The translations under genes were made by a program, and so were the position numbers. 30,130 nucleotides of DNA from an uncultured Candidatus Poseidoniales archaeon (GTDB taxonomy: Archaea > Thermoplasmatota > Poseidoniia > Poseidoniales > Thalassarchaeaceae): the NCBI GenBank assembly GCA_964470075.1, contig CAYYAH010000001.1, positions 1 to 30,130 of the forward strand, written 5' to 3'. A model generated the notes under the pieces. It made no database searches. It had not been told where the DNA came from and worked only from the letters and a program-made list of their open reading frames with translations. Below, piece after piece: positions 26,720-30,130 of the stretch (position 1 is its first letter; every line of letters begins with the position of its first letter).

Positions 26720-28063
26720 TTATGCAGAGCCTTGCCACCAAGTCACAAGTCCACTAGGTCCAGCCGGTGCGCTGCCACCATCTACTCCCGGTCCGAGAAG
26801 AGAAATCCTAGCTAGAGTATCATTAATCGCAGATGGGTATTGCCCAGATCTTACTATCTGCCCCATGGAATATCTGAGATGAGTCGTGGGATTGTCTTCT
26901 ATCCACTTCCTGATTGCTTCCTTTAGTGGCCATATTGCAAGCATAGTCATCCCTACTGCTCTGTAACGCTGCCTGAGCAGGGATCGTGGTGCATCTCTTC
27001 CAAGTAGGGACTTGTGTTTGTGGACCCAGTCAGTATGCTCGTGGAGGTACTTGACTATTCTCTGAGTGTGGCGCTCGGAGACTGTCCTAACTGGCCCTAG
27101 TGCAGCGCGTAGCTCTGAGATATCTGCAGATGGTACAAGTGAGAGTGTCCCACAGACTGAAGACATCGAATGAGAGAATATGCTCCTCGAGATGTCTACC
27201 CTAGAGTCCTTGGCAAGATTTCCTAGCACTGATGAGTGTTCTTTCTGGGCATCACGTAGAATTCGCCAAGGTGCAAAACCTCCGAGCCAATCTTGGCTCG
27301 ATCCATAAGGCTCGACTCCAATGCCACTTAGAGTGGTCTGGCCCTTTCTTGTCCTTAGGAGTCTTCGAATTAGATGCCTTTCCACCGTTTCCACATCGAC
27401 ATTCAGAGGCAGGTGGCGATTGTGGATAAATCTGCGAATCCTCCTAGTAAGTTCGACTCTGAACTCGGCTTCAGTTCCTTCATTCAGTATAGGTCCGATG
27501 AGCGCGCCCATGTCGAATGGTGTCGGCATCTCAATCTCTCCAGATAGTAGCGATGCATATCCCTGCCTGATTCTTCTTTGAAGGTCGGTGGTTTCGAAGT
27601 ACTCTTCCTTATCGCTCAGAGCCCTGAGGGTTCCACTTTGTATTCTCTTCATGGCAACCTCAGGATTACAGTCGACCCAGATGCATAGGTCGGGCACTAA
27701 GGCTGCTGAGTTCATATTCGCGACTCGTTCTACTCCCGCTCCTCCGACAATTCCTTGATAGACAAGGGAAGAGTGAATGTTTCTCTCACTGACTACGGCC
27801 TTGCCTTCCTCGAGTCTTGGAAGTATCCAGCCATGAGAATGGTCTACCCTATCGGCCGCGAAAAGTCCGGCCTCCTCTTCAGGCGGCATCTTTCTCTTGC
27901 GAACAGCATCGATTGCCAATCTACCCAGAGGGTGTTCCCTCCTAGGTTCTCCAGTCACTTCTACCGAGGTGAATGAGAATTCCTTCTGAAGGACCTCAGA
28001 GACTATCTTTGTGGCCAGCCCCTTGCCGCTGCCATCTCCTCCTTCTATGGTAATCAGATACAC
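26720..28063 (-). CDS. tmk: Thymidylate kinase with ~230-aa C-terminal extension
   Basis: IEGGDGSGK P-loop, EP, LFAADR, SSLVYQG, PDLCIWVD; kinase domain about aa 1-215. GTG start. Confidence 0.82.
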   Translation of the reverse strand: MYLITIEGGDGSGKGLATKIVSEVLQKEFSFTSVEVTGEPRREHPLGRLAIDAVRKRKMPPEEEAGLFAADRVDHSHGWILPRLEEGKAVVSERNIHSSLVYQGIVGGAGVERVANMNSAALVPDLCIWVDCNPEVAMKRIQSGTLRALSDKEEYFETTDLQRRIRQGYASLLSGEIEMPTPFDMGALIGPILNEGTEAEFRVELTRRIRRFIHNRHLPLNVDVETVERHLIRRLLRTRKGQTTLSGIGVEPYGSSQDWLGGFAPWRILRDAQKEHSSVLGNLAKDSRVDISRSIFSHSMSSVCGTLSLVPSADISELRAALGPVRTVSERHTQRIVKYLHEHTDWVHKHKSLLGRDAPRSLLRQRYRAVGMTMLAIWPLKEAIRKWIEDNPTTHLRYSMGQIVRSGQYPSAINDTLARISLLGPGVDGGSAPAGPSGLVTWWQGSA

Positions 28064-28074
28064 AGAAGGCCTCC

Positions 28075-28824
28075 TTAGTCTCCCGTATAATCAGTGAACT
28101 GGTCCTTGGACAAGTTCACCATCCCCATGCCAATCAGTATCAACATTGGGCCAATGAAGATCATTCCTCTACTCCACAATCCGAAGAATGCCAACCACCA
28201 TGTCTTGCGGTAGCGGTCTCCTCTGTAAGCCTCCAATCCGCTGACCATTCCCGCTAGACCAGCTAGCAGAGTCATTGCTGCAATCATTGATCCAATTAGA
28301 ACTGATTCGGCAAGGTGGCTTTCGCCCGACATGTCGATTTTATCGACTCCATTCCCCGGAGTTAGTGTGACTGAAATCTGGCCATGATCCCCTGGAACTA
28401 GAGTGATTTCGACTGTACGATTGCCTGGGTGTTCAACCAATAGAGTGGAAGTTCTTCTAGGGACATCCTTCACAGAAAATCGGCCTCCAGAATCAGTTTC
28501 ATCAACGCCAACAACCAGGCCATCAGAATCAATCAATGAGACTGTAACGCCTTCTGCTGGCTCGCCGCCGGTGCCACTGTCTTGCAGGGCGGTAATGGCA
28601 GTTCCATTGACATCCGCAACGCCGTCAGAGCCATCCAATTGGCCCGAGAGAATCTCTCCAACATTAGCTGAAATTAATGCAATGCCCAATAGAAGTCCAA
28701 GCAGGCTCCCGACGAAAATCATCAATCCGCCAGCCACTCTAGTGGCTGGATCAATTGAGAGGTCATGCAGCCACAGTTCCATGGCACTATAATCATCAAA
28801 TTCATCTCCGTCTGAATCAGTCAC
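28075..28824 (-). CDS. Membrane protein with carboxypeptidase-regulatory-like (transthyretin-fold) extracellular domain
   Basis: N-terminal TM; PAEGVTVSL..TDSGGRFSV..LLVEHPG; two to three C-terminal TMs. GTGA overlap with the upstream stop. Confidence 0.7.
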   Translation of the reverse strand: MTDSDGDEFDDYSAMELWLHDLSIDPATRVAGGLMIFVGSLLGLLLGIALISANVGEILSGQLDGSDGVADVNGTAITALQDSGTGGEPAEGVTVSLIDSDGLVVGVDETDSGGRFSVKDVPRRTSTLLVEHPGNRTVEITLVPGDHGQISVTLTPGNGVDKIDMSGESHLAESVLIGSMIAAMTLLAGLAGMVSGLEAYRGDRYRKTWWLAFFGLWSRGMIFIGPMLILIGMGMVNLSKDQFTDYTGD

Positions 28825-29846
28825 TGCTCCTCGGCCTCCTGTGGTAGTACATCGCTAATCTCCGAAGGCTGTTCAGGTTGTCGCTTGGTGATTAATACGA
28901 TGAGAAATCCCATGAAGGCACTTAGTAGTCTCATTGAACTGAGGAATATGATGAGTACTGCAATCACTAAGAAGGGCCATATAACGCTCAGAATCGACAA
29001 AATCATTGAATCAGATTCTGACTCAATCATCTGCTCTTCGGATGCGAATGAAACCAAGTGCATAGAGCTCCAATTCTTCCCAGTGAGAAGGAAAGCGTCG
29101 CTACATCCTGCGGTATTCCACTCAGAACAGTACTCTGGCACATGTGCAATCCCATTCAGTACAGCATTGGGATCTTCCGACTCGCCATTAGATAGAGAAG
29201 AGGCATCAATAGTGTACAACACATCTCCCGATGATTTGTCAATAGCAACAATCAGATTACTGCCCCAAACATTCGCATAGATGACTTCTCCAACACATTC
29301 AAGCTCGTTCAGCATGTCAACTTCGGCCACTCCGTCACTCACAGTGATGGTCGATATTACTGAGAAGTCAGAGGAGTCTCTGAATGTCAAATCGGAAGTT
29401 CCGTTTGACATCACGAGGTAGTCTCCGTCGTAGCATAATCCCCAACCCTCTCCGGAGTAACTCAGGTTAGCAACTAATTCGAAGGATTCCAGATCGAATA
29501 TGAGGACTGTTTCTTGCTTCCAAGTCAGCATGAAGATGGCATCATTGACGATGGTCATCCCTTCGCCGAAATAGGACTCGTTTAGATTCGTGATTCGCAG
29601 AACCTCGCCGCTCTCCGGATCTACCTGTCTTAAACTAGATTGCCCATACAGTCCGGTACTCTCGTAGAGAAATCCGTCATGCATCTCAAGTCCCTGTGTA
29701 AAGGCAGATTGGTCATGCATATGCGTCGAAATAACTGTAATTTCTGCGGTCGGTATCTGGGCTGTAGCGAGTGATGGAGAACTGAGGATAAGGGCGCCGA
29801 TAAAGAGAGTGTAAAGGCGACTCGCCTCAGAGAACCCGCGGCCCAT
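28821..29846 (-). CDS. Glutaminyl-peptide cyclotransferase (plant/bacterial beta-propeller type), secreted, C-terminal TM anchor
   Basis: AFTQGL, ESTGLYG, FGEG, LTWK, GEGWGL, LNELE, YANVW, VLNGIA, LTGKNW. Start moved to MGRGFS (29846): signal peptide follows and ATTTTAAC lies 22 nt upstream. Confidence 0.9.
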   Translation of the reverse strand: MGRGFSEASRLYTLFIGALILSSPSLATAQIPTAEITVISTHMHDQSAFTQGLEMHDGFLYESTGLYGQSSLRQVDPESGEVLRITNLNESYFGEGMTIVNDAIFMLTWKQETVLIFDLESFELVANLSYSGEGWGLCYDGDYLVMSNGTSDLTFRDSSDFSVISTITVSDGVAEVDMLNELECVGEVIYANVWGSNLIVAIDKSSGDVLYTIDASSLSNGESEDPNAVLNGIAHVPEYCSEWNTAGCSDAFLLTGKNWSSMHLVSFASEEQMIESESDSMILSILSVIWPFLVIAVLIIFLSSMRLLSAFMGFLIVLITKRQPEQPSEISDVLPQEAEEQ

Positions 29847-29922
29847 GTACGAACGATGCTCCATCGATGTTAAAATAGGTCCTTGAGCGCAATGTGATTG
29901 GTAACAACACGGAGTGTTGAGT

Positions 29923-30130
29923 ATGAATTCGGGCTTTGGCAGCGTGTCACGCAGAGTTTCGGTGTCGTTGATACTATGCATGCTCATGGCCAGCCTCTCT
30001 CCTTTGGTATTGGCCGATTCCGGCCAGGAAGATATCGGTCCTGCGGTCATGTCTGGTGATTTATCCGACTTTACACCCTCTATTGAGGGCAAGCGGTACA
30101 TGTTCACTAACGATTCTGAACCAGTTTTCT
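29923..30130 (+). CDS. Secreted protein, N-terminal fragment (runs off right edge)
   Basis: MNSGFGSVSRRVSVSLILCMLMASLSPLVLA|DSGQEDIG... is open to the window end with a clear signal peptide; divergent from the cyclase. Not in the ORF track. Confidence 0.75.
   Translation, partial: MNSGFGSVSRRVSVSLILCMLMASLSPLVLADSGQEDIGPAVMSGDLSDFTPSIEGKRYMFTNDSEPVF

Noticed and set aside
29847-30107. 87-aa N-terminal extension of the glutaminyl cyclase in the track
   Set aside because: It overlaps a clear signal-peptide ORF on the plus strand (29923 onward); the true start at 29846 has its own signal peptide and promoter-like box.
1-30130. tRNA, rRNA, insertion sequences, prophage or defence islands
   Set aside because: All intergenic gaps are about 125 nt or less and none shows a cloverleaf, terminal inverted repeats, transposase, integrase or phage genes.

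Overview
Compact archaeal chromosomal segment, most likely Marine Group II (Ca. Poseidoniales). This is inferred from archaeal markers (Csl4, Nmd3, METTL5-like methylase, COG1031 radical SAM) sitting beside bacterial-type SufCBD/Ccm/RmuC/M23 genes and giant membrane-anchored secreted proteins. About 25 CDS; no rRNA, tRNA, CRISPR or mobile element seen. Three real ORFs are missing from the supplied track because they run off the edges (a >1468-aa Cys-repeat surface protein at <1..4405 and a secreted protein at 29923..>30130), and two short genes were also missed (a CcmD-like peptide and a 7-Cys microprotein after sufD); strictly, two edge ORFs plus two microproteins. Most unusual items: (1) exosome cap subunit Csl4 fused to a CxxC-x17-CxxC zinc finger and an RRM; (2) a four-TM protein carrying an intact Smr nuclease domain; (3) a giant surface protein with a CxxCH motif, RCC1 repeats and about 20 ephrin-receptor-like Cys repeats; (4) a ccmA-ccmB fusion with ccmC and a ccmD-like gene. 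All family and accession names are recalled from motif recognition, not from database searches.
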